Below are positions 1 through 8,689 of a stretch of DNA of 64,000 nucleotides, piece by piece. Positions within the stretch are counted from its first letter, which is position 1; every line of letters begins with the position of its first letter. Source of the DNA: a virus. Taxonomy: Duplodnaviria > Caudoviricetes. Both the position numbers and the translations under genes were made by a program. Under the pieces are notes generated by a model. The model was given only the letters and a program-made list of their open reading frames with translations. It was not told where the DNA came from and did not search any database. The stretch lies in the IMG/VR virus record IMGVR_UViG_3300046167_000798; one strand, written 5' to 3'.

Positions 1-1
1 T

Positions 2-565
2 ATAGAAATCAACTAATGTTTTTAAATTCTTAGGGTCAATTGTTACTTCATGTCTACCAACTTTATCTTTTACTATAAGTGAAGGAGTATATTCAAATTG
101 ATTAACTGCACTTTTAGCTTTGGATTTCATGAAAAACTGTAATACTTCTTTTACTCTTTCTCTTGTAAAGGGAACACCTTTAACGTAAAATAAACCAGTC
201 ATAGAATCATATCCCATTGCCATTTCATTTACTTCTGAAGCTTCGTTTACCTTTTCATATCCACTACCATAAGGTGCTGATTTTCCATCATGATTCATAA
301 CAACATTCTCACCTTTGTATTCAGCGTTTTTGTACATACCACTTACTTTTAAATCAAGTTCTTTTGCTAGAGCAATTTTCTCTTTACCAAGTTTTTTAAG
401 TAATTTTATAAAAGGTTCTTTTTTATCAGTATGTTTGTTCTTTTTGTAGAATTCTAATGCCTTTTCTATGTTTTCAATATTTTTTTGTTGAAGTTTAGAA
501 ATAGCATTAATACTTCTTTCTCTAAGTACATTTTTAACTGCTTCTTTAAATTCTGATAGTTTCAT
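2..565 (-). CDS. Hypothetical phage protein, 3' end beyond window
   Basis: Manual translation from ATG at 565 (MKLSEFKEAVKNVLRERSIN...) is open to the window edge; not in the ORF track. Confidence 0.7.
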   Translation of the reverse strand, partial: MKLSEFKEAVKNVLRERSINAISKLQQKNIENIEKALEFYKKNKHTDKKEPFIKLLKKLGKEKIALAKELDLKVSGMYKNAEYKGENVVMNHDGKSAPYGSGYEKVNEASEVNEMAMGYDSMTGLFYVKGVPFTRERVKEVLQFFMKSKAKSAVNQFEYTPSLIVKDKVGRHEVTIDPKNLKTLVDFY

Positions 566-592
566 ATTAATTCCTTGTGTGTTCTATACTAA

Positions 593-601
593 TATAAGTA
601 T
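593..601 (-). promoter_or_regulatory. Class B motif ATANTTATA (candidate late promoter)
   Basis: ATACTTATA on minus strand in intergenic gap, ~28 nt upstream of ATG 565. Confidence 0.45.
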
Positions 602-623
602 AAAAATATTTGTAAATAATTAT

Positions 624-1271
624 TTAAATCTTGTGCTTTATATGGTTAAACATAACATCACCAATAATCTCACCCATTCTTGAATCAGATGGATAGTGTG
701 CTCTTCCTATATTTCTACTGTATGATATTCGTTTTCCTGCTTCTATGAAGGCATCTGTATTAATTGGTAATTTAGTTTGTAGTACCTTCCCTATCAAAAT
801 ACCTTGTGCGGAATGTCCTGATGGGTAAGATGGGGTTTTCATTGATTCCATTACCTTTGCACCTAATTTCATATTGTAATGAGATGACAATTGAAATGGT
901 CTTGGTCTGTTATGTATGTATTTTAAATCTAATATAATTCCTGCAGCTGATTTGAGTAATTTTTCTACTAATTCTTTTGGATATTCTACATTATTTTCTT
1001 TACAAAGTTGTTCAAATACTTTTTCAATATCATCATGTTCTTCAACATATTCATCATCTTCTGGTAAATCTTTTAGATATTGTAGTTCATTATAAACTAT
1101 CATGGAAGTATTTTTTGGAGGATTTTTTACTTTATATTTAGAATAATTGAAATCTTTAAACAAACCATCTTTGATTCCTTCAATTTTTTTAGCGTGTTTA
1201 TCTGGTATACCATCTGTTGTATAAACGGCATTCTTAATATCTCCTATATTTTCTTCTGTGAATATGAACAT
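624..1271 (-). CDS. PAP2 / haloperoxidase-superfamily acid phosphatase (soluble)
   Basis: All three PAP2 motifs: KYIHNRPRP, SYPSGH, SRNIGRAHYPSD. Confidence 0.85.
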   Translation of the reverse strand: MFIFTEENIGDIKNAVYTTDGIPDKHAKKIEGIKDGLFKDFNYSKYKVKNPPKNTSMIVYNELQYLKDLPEDDEYVEEHDDIEKVFEQLCKENNVEYPKELVEKLLKSAAGIILDLKYIHNRPRPFQLSSHYNMKLGAKVMESMKTPSYPSGHSAQGILIGKVLQTKLPINTDAFIEAGKRISYSRNIGRAHYPSDSRMGEIIGDVMFNHIKHKI

Positions 1272-1276
1272 ACTAC

Positions 1277-1285
1277 TATAAATAT
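1277..1285 (-). promoter_or_regulatory. Class B motif ATANTTATA
   Basis: ATATTTATA 5 nt upstream of the PAP2 ATG. Confidence 0.5.
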
Positions 1286-1295
1286 ATAGTTATGT

Positions 1296-1481
1296 TTATT
1301 TACTAAATTTATTCCACAAATCAATCGCTTTAGATGTAATTGATTCTACTCCTTTACCAACTTTTTTTGAGATTTGTTTGGCCAAAGGCTTTGGTAATAC
1401 TTTTTCTAATTGTTTTTTTGTTTTTGATTTAGCAACTAAACCACTTCCCTTTTCAATTATTTTTTCTTTAAGTTTTCCCAT
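1296..1481 (-). CDS. Small basic hypothetical protein
   Basis: 61-aa Lys-rich ORF in co-directional gene run. Confidence 0.6.
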   Translation of the reverse strand: MGKLKEKIIEKGSGLVAKSKTKKQLEKVLPKPLAKQISKKVGKGVESITSKAIDLWNKFSK

Positions 1482-1669
1482 GCTCCTCGTTTCACTAATT
1501 CTTTTCTGATTAGTTCTTTTTTTCTTTTATATGAAGGTGAATCATATAACTTTATTAATTCTTCAGTTGATGTACTTGCAACTGTATAATGTTTTATAAA
1601 GAATTTATTAGTCATCTTATTGTTGACTTTGATATATTCTTTTGTACTTGGTTTTAATTTCGCAGGCAT
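1457..1669 (-). CDS. Hypothetical protein
   Basis: 70-aa ORF tightly packed with neighbours. Confidence 0.65.
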   Translation of the reverse strand: MPAKLKPSTKEYIKVNNKMTNKFFIKHYTVASTSTEELIKLYDSPSYKRKKELIRKELVKRGAWENLKKK

Positions 1670-1670
1670 C

Positions 1671-1763
1671 TTATTTATCTAACCACTTAAAAAATCTATT
1701 CATTATGAACCAGAATGCAATAAAGATTCCGATTACTTTTAATAGAAGTATGAGGTTTTCCAT
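1671..1763 (-). CDS. 30-aa membrane peptide
   Basis: Manual: MENLILLLKVIGIFIAFWFIMNRFFKWLDK*; fills the gap exactly; AGGA upstream. Confidence 0.6.
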   Translation of the reverse strand: MENLILLLKVIGIFIAFWFIMNRFFKWLDK

Positions 1764-1767
1764 TTCC

Positions 1768-1776
1768 TATAAATAT
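1768..1776 (-). promoter_or_regulatory. Class B motif ATANTTATA
   Basis: ATATTTATA 4 nt upstream of ATG 1763. Confidence 0.5.
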
Positions 1777-2114
1777 TAATATATTTGTATAAAGGTACTT
1801 TTTATAACACCATTGGAATTAATTAGTTCCAATTGTAACAAATCAGTAGGAAGTGATTTAGTATAAATCTTTCTTGTATTTAATTCAAGTGTAGGTAAAA
1901 ATGATTCTTTTGCAATAACAGAACCATCTTTTGATATCACTAATTGATGTTCTTCTTCTGATATTATTTCAAAAGAAAATTCTTGTCCATCTGTTACTGA
2001 TGATTCAGTTTCTTCAAATATCATTTCGTATTGCGGTAGTGGTTCTACAATCATCAACTCTTCTGGTTGACAAGATAGTATAACGAACAATATTAATACT
2101 ATATACTTTCTCAT
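1776..2114 (-). CDS. Lipoprotein with T9SS C-terminal-domain-like Ig fold
   Basis: Lipobox signal MRKYIVLILFVILSC; C-terminus NTRKIYTKSLPTDLLQLELINSNGVIKSTFIQIY resembles type A CTD pattern; paralog of 8295..8672. Confidence 0.55.
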   Translation of the reverse strand: MRKYIVLILFVILSCQPEELMIVEPLPQYEMIFEETESSVTDGQEFSFEIISEEEHQLVISKDGSVIAKESFLPTLELNTRKIYTKSLPTDLLQLELINSNGVIKSTFIQIY

Positions 2115-4202
2115 TTTATTTTATGGTCTATTCCACCCCCATTTTGTTTTACTAATTCTGATTTTGTAACTGATAGTAATCCTAATATAGATTCAAAAGT
2201 TTGTTGTGGTGAAAAGTAAATCTTATATTGTACACCACCATTTAAATTTTGAGAACCATCAGTAGATATAGAACCTAACTTTATGTAGTTTGTTCTTTCA
2301 GCTGAAAATGACTGTAAGTTAGAAGTAGTTTCTATTCTATCAAACTCCACTCTAGTGTTATCATATCCTATTCTAAATTCAGAACCTACAATGTTATGAT
2401 TGTTTTGTGGTACATCTAATGTTACCACAAATTTATCTTCTTCCTTACTGATATCTAATAACACCTCAAATTCATTTGATTTTTGAGAAGATGAATTTCT
2501 AATTGACATTGATTGAGTACCAGGTGAACTTGTTGATTGTGGTGCAGAATGTGAAAGATTTACATCACCTATAAATGAAACTTTATATTCTAAGGTTTGT
2601 ATCGTATCTATAATACTAAAGGTAAAATTTGTTGATGGTGATTTATTTGTTTGTGTTTTCCAATTAGAGGTTGTAGTATTATCGTATTCTGATTTAGGAA
2701 CTATTCTCATTATCTCTTGTAGGTAACCATTGAAAGGAGTATCACCACCATTTAAGAAAGCCAATCCTATTTGACTATCTTGAAAATTAAACTCACCATC
2801 TTGATTAACATCTGAGTTTTGTAATTGAACTCCACTCAAATCTCCTTTATATCCACCGAATATTCCACCACCTGCTAATTCATTAAATCCTGCAACCACA
2901 TCTGCAACTGTAATGTAATCATCCATAAATTCTTCAGCTGTCCACCCTTCTATATTATCAGATGGATTATTAACAACTATTTTATGTCCTTTATATATTT
3001 CAACATCTTCAAATGAGAACTCTGCTCTAATACCAAAATAACTACCAGCATTTCTAATCACACCACTTCCATATGAACTATTAGATATAGCAGTTGTTAG
3101 ATTACCTGGTATGTAATATTGTTGCCAACCATCCGAACCCTCACTTACACTATGAACAGTAATTGTTCCATCATACAAATCAAGTAATTGTAATGATTTT
3201 AAATCATTTGGGTCTGTATCAGGATTAGTAGCAGTGAATTCTCTACCATCAATCAGTATTCTATGTCTATCGTTTGTAGAATCATATGGATATAAAACTA
3301 CCCACTCTACACTTCCACTTTCTGTGGTTGCTTTCAAACCATCAGTCATCTTAACCAAATTTAGATAATCAGTTATATCTTTACTTCCATCATCATCTAA
3401 ATAATATTTTGAATTCATTGTAGAAGTATTGAAATATGTTGAACCATCTTGTTCATTTGATGCATCATAATATACACCAAATCTATATTGTTCTGGTGAT
3501 AATTGAGAATGGAATTCTAAATCTAAATCAACTTCAGGTTCTGTTGTAGTAGTTCCACCACCTGGGTCTACATTTGTCCAAGTTCCAAATTGATGATTGG
3601 AACTTATCCAATTGTAATTTGGTGAACTTGAATTTGCTGGTATTGAATAACCAAAATAGTAATAATCCCCTCCACCATATTCTTGGTATCTAAATTCAAA
3701 TTCATACCATTTAGTATTATCTAAATTTGCAGTACCATATCGATTAGAACAACAACCCCATTGAAATGTAATTGTTTGCCAAGTAGTAGTTCCTACTTCT
3801 CTATATCTAGTTTCTGATGAATCATCTGCATAAGTTTTGAAATTATAAGTTCCATTTTTATTTGGTTTGAACCAACCCTGAATAAACTATTGCAAAATAC
3901 GAATTACCCCATCTCGGTGGGTGTCCTCCATTTAAACCACCTGAACTCCATGGTGTTGCTTCACCAACATGAGTTAATGTTGTACCTGGTTGGTTTGTAT
4001 CAACCATTGCATCAAACTCAGCAGTTGAACCTGCTCCACCACTATATGATACACCATTATAAGATGATGCTGCACCATTACCAGAGTGAGTTTTGTAGGA
4101 TTTATAATTTATTTTTCCTTCACCACTTGGAGTATAACCAGCACCGGTCTGACCAAATACTAAAGTTGGTAACAGTAATAATATGAAGAGAAGTTTCTTC
4201 AT
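2111..4202 (-). CDS. Secreted PA14 + dockerin-like + cohesin-like protein (~696 aa after repairing one indel)
   Basis: Signal peptide MKKLLFILLLLPTLVFGQ; removing one base at 3876-3878 gives YSGWFKPNKNGTYNFKTYADDSSE (PA14-like) and a continuous frame into ORF 2111..3418; EF-hand-like SDVNQDGEFNFQDS; cohesin-like IVGSEFRIGYDNTRVEF. Confidence 0.7.
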
Positions 4203-4732
4203 TAAAAATTATCCTTTGGCTTATCTAATCTAAAATATATTGTTCCTCCTACATAAGGTCTTAGTTTTCCAAGATTATTTTCTCTATCTACTAAATCGTT
4301 TCTAAATCCAACATCTATACTAAACATTTTATCATTTTTGAATTTATGTAGAACTTGAACATTTGCTCCACTAAAGTAATTTTCCATATCCCATTGATAT
4401 GCAAATCCAGCATACCACTTTGATTCTGGTAATTCATACTTCGGTACGATTACTTCATATGGTTTATCTATATAAACCTTTTTGATTTTAGTTTTAATTT
4501 TTTCTACAATTACTTCTTTGATTATAGTATCTCTTTTTATTTCTGTAATATACTTTGGTACAAAAACTTTCTTCTCTACTAGTTTTTCAACATAGATACT
4601 ATCAATTACAGTCTGAAGAACTTCTATTTCTTTAATCTTCTCTACTTCTTGTATTGTTGGGTTTAAATACATCCATGCTGATAATCCTATTAATACTCCT
4701 ATTACTCCTAATTTCCAATCTATTTTTTTCAT
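4202..4732 (-). CDS. N-anchored membrane protein with V/E/K-rich spacer and C-terminal amphipathic beta-strands
   Basis: TM LGVIGVLIGLSAWMYL; EKLVEKKV/IIKEVIVEK spacer; alternating aromatic strands WYAGFAYQW, PYVGGTIYFRL. Confidence 0.7.
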   Translation of the reverse strand: MKKIDWKLGVIGVLIGLSAWMYLNPTIQEVEKIKEIEVLQTVIDSIYVEKLVEKKVFVPKYITEIKRDTIIKEVIVEKIKTKIKKVYIDKPYEVIVPKYELPESKWYAGFAYQWDMENYFSGANVQVLHKFKNDKMFSIDVGFRNDLVDRENNLGKLRPYVGGTIYFRLDKPKDNF

Positions 4733-4741
4733 ATTTTCTCC

Positions 4742-6547
4742 TTAAAATGGTAACTTAGCACCTATCATAAACGAATTCATTATTGGTACAAACTCATTAC
4801 TACTATAAATTATCGTCCACCCTGCATTGAACGAAAAACTTTTTGTTAATTGTATTGTGAAGGAATTTGCAAGAATCCCTATAAAATCTTTTGATGTTGA
4901 TGAAAAGGCATCGAATCCCTCAACTTTTTCTGTATAAGATAATGGGTTTTGTGCACCAATCAATGCTGGTGTGTACATTATTCTATCGTTTATTTTTACC
5001 ATATTTGTGTAAAGAACATTATATCCCATAGTACCCATTTTTGGCATTGTATTTCCAAGTGCATCTTTACCAAACATAAACGAATAACTAATACCCAATC
5101 CAACAGTTCCATACTTACCCATAGGTTTCATTCTACTCAAAGATAATGTAGTTGAGTTCATCTGATAATTTCTCATATAAGATAGATTTGCTGCATCTAC
5201 CCAAGTTACTTGATAATTTTCATTCAAACTTACTTTACTTCTACCCAATGATAATCCAACTTGTTTCATATTATCATATATTTGTAAGTTTGCTGTATTT
5301 GTTATATCACCATAGATTGATGCTTGTGATGCTCCTATTGCAAGTACTTGGTTGTATTCTCTTGTTAGAGCTTGCATTGACATTATATCTGCTTTCAATA
5401 CTATTGGCATAAATTTCTTTTTCTTTTCTTCTTCCTCTTCCTCATCTTCTTCCTCATCTTTTTCTTCTTCCTCTTCTTCCTCTTCCTCATCTTCTTCTTC
5501 CTCTTCCTCTTCCTCATCTTCTTCCTCTTCTTCTTCTTTTTCTTCCTCTTCCTCTTCTTCATCCTTTTCTTCTTCCTCTTCCTTTTCTTCTTCCTCAGAT
5601 TCTTCTTCTTTATCTTCTTCACTATCTTCATCCGATTCATCAGAATCATCATCAGAATCATCATCACCATCAGAATCATCATCAGAGTCATCATCTCCAT
5701 CTCCATCTGAATCATCATCGGAATCTCCATCAGAGTCATCATCACCATCACCATCTCCATCTCCATCACCATCGGAATCAGAATCACTATCTCCATCGGA
5801 ATCAGAATCCCCATCCCCATCTCCATCTCCATCTCCATCACCACCATCAGAACCATCTCCATCACCATCTCCATCTCCTCCTCCATCACCATCGGAATCA
5901 CCAGAGCCACCATCTCCATCACCATCACCTCCATCAGAACCATCGCCTCCACCATCAGAGCCATCGCCACCACCATCGGAATCACCTCCTCCATCAGAAC
6001 CATCTCCTCCAGAATCACCACTTCCTCCACCATCAGAATCAGAACCTCCACCATCTCCACCGGAATCTCCTCCACCATCAGAGCCACTTCCTCCACTGTC
6101 TCCACCAGAGTCTCCACTTCCACCACCATCAGAACCTCCACCGCCAGAATCTCCACTACCACCTGATGAACCACTACCACTTGAATCAGAACCACTACCA
6201 CTTGAACCACTTGAACCTGAGTTAGTGTTATTGGTATTATTGGTTGCGTTGTTTGCGGTGTTATTAGCGTTATTGGTTGCGTTACTTGCAGATGAACAAG
6301 GTGAAAGTGCAGCCCACCATGCATATTTCTGAACTAACCATTGTTGGAGTTCACCATTAGTATATTGTGCGTATGTGAATAATTTAGCTTCGTTATAGAA
6401 TGCAACGATAGCTGAACCACTTGTGAAATCAGCGGTTACCACTTGTACTTCACCAGTACATCTGTCTACAAATGTCTGTGTGAAGGTTTGCCCATAACTA
6501 AGATTAGTGATGAACCAAAACGCAAGTATCGATAGTAGTTTTTTCAT
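4742..6547 (-). CDS. Secreted/outer-membrane protein: small Cys-pair head, ~290-aa N/S/G/D/E low-complexity stalk, C-terminal beta-barrel-like domain
   Basis: Signal peptide; low-complexity middle; ~220-aa C-terminal region of alternating hydrophobic strands ending in Phe (AKLPF). Confidence 0.75.
   Translation of the reverse strand: MKKLLSILAFWFITNLSYGQTFTQTFVDRCTGEVQVVTADFTSGSAIVAFYNEAKLFTYAQYTNGELQQWLVQKYAWWAALSPCSSASNATNNANNTANNATNNTNNTNSGSSGSSGSGSDSSGSGSSGGSGDSGGGGSDGGGSGDSGGDSGGSGSDGGGDSGGDGGGSDSDGGGSGDSGGDGSDGGGDSDGGGDGSDGGGDGSDGGDGDGDGGSGDSDGDGGGDGDGDGDGSDGGDGDGDGDGDGDSDSDGDSDSDSDGDGDGDGDGDDDSDGDSDDDSDGDGDDDSDDDSDGDDDSDDDSDESDEDSEEDKEEESEEEEKEEEEEKDEEEEEEEKEEEEEEDEEEEEEEEDEEEEEEEEEKDEEEDEEEEEEKKKKFMPIVLKADIMSMQALTREYNQVLAIGASQASIYGDITNTANLQIYDNMKQVGLSLGRSKVSLNENYQVTWVDAANLSYMRNYQMNSTTLSLSRMKPMGKYGTVGLGISYSFMFGKDALGNTMPKMGTMGYNVLYTNMVKINDRIMYTPALIGAQNPLSYTEKVEGFDAFSSTSKDFIGILANSFTIQLTKSFSFNAGWTIIYSSNEFVPIMNSFMIGAKLPF
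5410..6300 (-). repeat. Coding low-complexity repeat tract (NNAT, SG, GD, SD, poly-E, poly-K)
   Basis: Degenerate TCA/TCC/TCT/CCA trinucleotide runs on + strand; synonymous codons vary. Confidence 0.95.
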
Positions 6548-6550
6548 TCA

Positions 6551-7270
6551 TTAGTTTGGAAATATTTTTTTTCTAATCATTCTTGCTACTATTCTTGCTG
6601 AAGCCGTTTCTAATGCTTTTCTGGTAGTTACTCCAATTGCTGATTGTCTGAAGTTTATTTCCTCCAAATCTAATCCCAGCAAACCTTCTTGAGTTTTTAC
6701 CGTATTTGCCTCACCGAGGCCAGAACCTACAAAGTAAGTACCATTCTCTGCATTAGTGAAACGAACTTGTAAACCCAAACGAGTTGTTTGAGTTTGTTTT
6801 GAACCATCTTTTAAAGATAGAACTTCATCTTCTGAAACTGAGAAATCATAAATCTCTATTGTAACGAAATATTCCGCCAACATTATTTTACCCATTCCAT
6901 AAACTTCATTTTGAGAAACACCTTTTCTTGATGCAACCCATTGTGATTTCATTCTATTTTTAATCTCTGATTTTTCTTCTACGAACTCAAATCGGTTTGT
7001 CCAATCTAAGTACTCTATTACCATATTGGTAACACCTAATCCTATTCTTGCATCTTTTAAATCTGGCCACATTTCGTAAACCACATCAGATGCAGAGATA
7101 TTGATTAAAGCAATTGGAATCGTTTCACCCCAATAATCAGATACATCATCAATAGATTTCTTTTTTTCGAATTCTGCTTGATATGTTTCTGCTTTTATCT
7201 TACCAACAGTTTGTGCAATAGTATTTTGTGTGAATAATACACATAAAATTAAAATAAATATATTTTTCAT
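6551..7270 (-). CDS. CsgG/HfaB-like secreted protein
   Basis: Signal peptide; GLGVTNMVIEYLDWTNRFEFVEEK, FVTIEIYDF, RLGLQVRFTNAENG pattern of CsgG fold. Confidence 0.65.
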   Translation of the reverse strand: MKNIFILILCVLFTQNTIAQTVGKIKAETYQAEFEKKKSIDDVSDYWGETIPIALINISASDVVYEMWPDLKDARIGLGVTNMVIEYLDWTNRFEFVEEKSEIKNRMKSQWVASRKGVSQNEVYGMGKIMLAEYFVTIEIYDFSVSEDEVLSLKDGSKQTQTTRLGLQVRFTNAENGTYFVGSGLGEANTVKTQEGLLGLDLEEINFRQSAIGVTTRKALETASARIVARMIRKKIFPN

Positions 7271-7371
7271 TTTTTATCCTTCATATGATTGGTTAAGTTT
7301 GGGTACATATCTAAAAATGCCTTTGTTAACCAATCATCGATTTTGATTATTATTTCTATAAGTTTTTTCAT
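7267..7371 (-). CDS. 34-aa hypothetical peptide
   Basis: Manual: MKKLIEIIIKIDDWLTKAFLDMYPNLTNHMKDKK*; ATGA overlap with the next gene. Confidence 0.55.
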   Translation of the reverse strand: MKKLIEIIIKIDDWLTKAFLDMYPNLTNHMKDKK

Positions 7372-7373
7372 AT

Positions 7374-7571
7374 TTAACTTCCTAGTGTATCAAATATGCC
7401 GAAAGTTGCGTTATCAACTGCTGATGGGTTCATAATGATATGGGTTATAATAGTACCCAAACCAAGAACAAACATCACCAATAATACTGCCAACCATACC
7501 TTTACAATAACGTCTACTACTTTGTAGTCTGACATTCTATCTCTAAAGATTTCTGTAAGTGTTGTAATCAT
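7374..7571 (-). CDS. Small single-TM protein
   Basis: Hydrophobic VIVKVWLAVLLVMFVLGLGTIITHIIM. Confidence 0.65.
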   Translation of the reverse strand: MITTLTEIFRDRMSDYKVVDVIVKVWLAVLLVMFVLGLGTIITHIIMNPSAVDNATFGIFDTLGS

Positions 7572-7607
7572 TGTTTTTTTTAATTCTCCAATTTTTAATG
7601 TTATACG

Positions 7608-7847
7608 TTAGTGGGTATCCTTAATATGTTTAGGTAATCTCCATCCATGTACTCTCATTTGCCAAGCATACCACCCAGCAAATCCAAAGAACTGTACTAT
7701 CCATCCACCTGCCAATAAATCTGCAGTTAAATCTCCAGCTTGGATTCTATCACCTAATAATAAAAAGTAAGCATTTAAATAAACTATACCGATTATAAAT
7801 CCGATACCTTGTCCATTTAGTTTCCACCATTTTTTGAAACTACTCAT
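7608..7847 (-). CDS. Small two-TM membrane protein
   Basis: Two hydrophobic segments, basic termini. Confidence 0.65.
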   Translation of the reverse strand: MSSFKKWWKLNGQGIGFIIGIVYLNAYFLLLGDRIQAGDLTADLLAGGWIVQFFGFAGWYAWQMRVHGWRLPKHIKDTH

Positions 7848-7865
7848 TTTTCTCCTTTGTTTAAT

Positions 7866-8162
7866 TTACCAATCAATTTCTTCTTCTTTTTCTTTTTTCT
7901 TTTCAACAGGAACTTCTTTTATTATAGTTTTTGTTTCTGTCTTTTGTTCTGGTATGTTTACTACGATTGTAGGCCCTTCTACATTTACTGATTGATTGTT
8001 TTCTTGTACAACCTCAGTTTGTGGTTCTGAATCATCTTCTATTCCTACAAATGATTTAACCTCATCTATAAAAACACCACCCAATGTAGTTAGTATTATA
8101 CCAACTCCAGCTATTATTTGATTCTTTATCTGTGAAAAGAATCCTTCTTTTTTTTCACTCAT
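7866..8162 (-). CDS. Single-TM protein with charged C-terminal tail
   Basis: TM IIAGVGIILTTLGGVFI; TIIKEVPVEK tail. Confidence 0.7.
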   Translation of the reverse strand: MSEKKEGFFSQIKNQIIAGVGIILTTLGGVFIDEVKSFVGIEDDSEPQTEVVQENNQSVNVEGPTIVVNIPEQKTETKTIIKEVPVEKKKEKEEEIDW

Positions 8163-8293
8163 AATTTTGCTCTCCTTTTTTGTCTACATTCTTTACAATC
8201 ACATGGTTTGTGTTTACATACTGTTATATCTGTTGTAAGGATACACCATGTACAAAACACACCAAACCCAATTAAACATGCAGTGCTTAACAT
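8159..8293 (-). CDS. 44-aa Cys-rich membrane peptide
   Basis: Manual: MLSTACLIGFGVFCTWCILTTDITVCKHKPCDCKECRQKRRAKL*; ATGA overlap. Confidence 0.55.
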   Translation of the reverse strand: MLSTACLIGFGVFCTWCILTTDITVCKHKPCDCKECRQKRRAKL

Positions 8294-8294
8294 T

Positions 8295-8672
8295 TTAATT
8301 TACTACAAAAGACTGGTTTCCTAATATATTATGAAACTCATCTGTTAATTGAATTAGATAACCACTTTTCTCTAAAGATGCAACATATACTTTAAGAAGG
8401 TTATCACCCTCACCAGCTGTTATCATCTCTTGAGAGATTAGTTCATTGTTCATACCATGTCTAATCTTTATTCTGTATTTACCATCTAATGGTAATTTTA
8501 CATTCATTGCAACTCTATCAGTTACGATAGTGTTTTCTAATTTAATACCAATCAATTCTTTAATCTGTAAAGATTGTGGTACTTCTTGGTCTGGATAAAG
8601 TGTTACTAAATCATCATCTTGGTAACAACCCATCATTAAAACCAAACTAAGTAATGTTAATATTTTTTTCAT
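8295..8672 (-). CDS. Lipoprotein with T9SS C-terminal-domain-like Ig fold
   Basis: Lipobox MKKILTLLSLVLMMGC; GDNLLKVYVASLEKSGYLIQL...SFVVN resembles Por secretion tail. Confidence 0.6.
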   Translation of the reverse strand: MKKILTLLSLVLMMGCYQDDDLVTLYPDQEVPQSLQIKELIGIKLENTIVTDRVAMNVKLPLDGKYRIKIRHGMNNELISQEMITAGEGDNLLKVYVASLEKSGYLIQLTDEFHNILGNQSFVVN

Positions 8673-8689
8673 TTTTTGTTTCCTTTTTA

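Noticed and set aside
5352-6332. 326-aa S/P/E-rich + strand ORF and 307-aa V/M/E-rich alternate-frame ORF (5401..6324, -)
   Set aside because: Shadows of the low-complexity tract; only the 4742..6547 frame has a signal peptide and folded flanking domains
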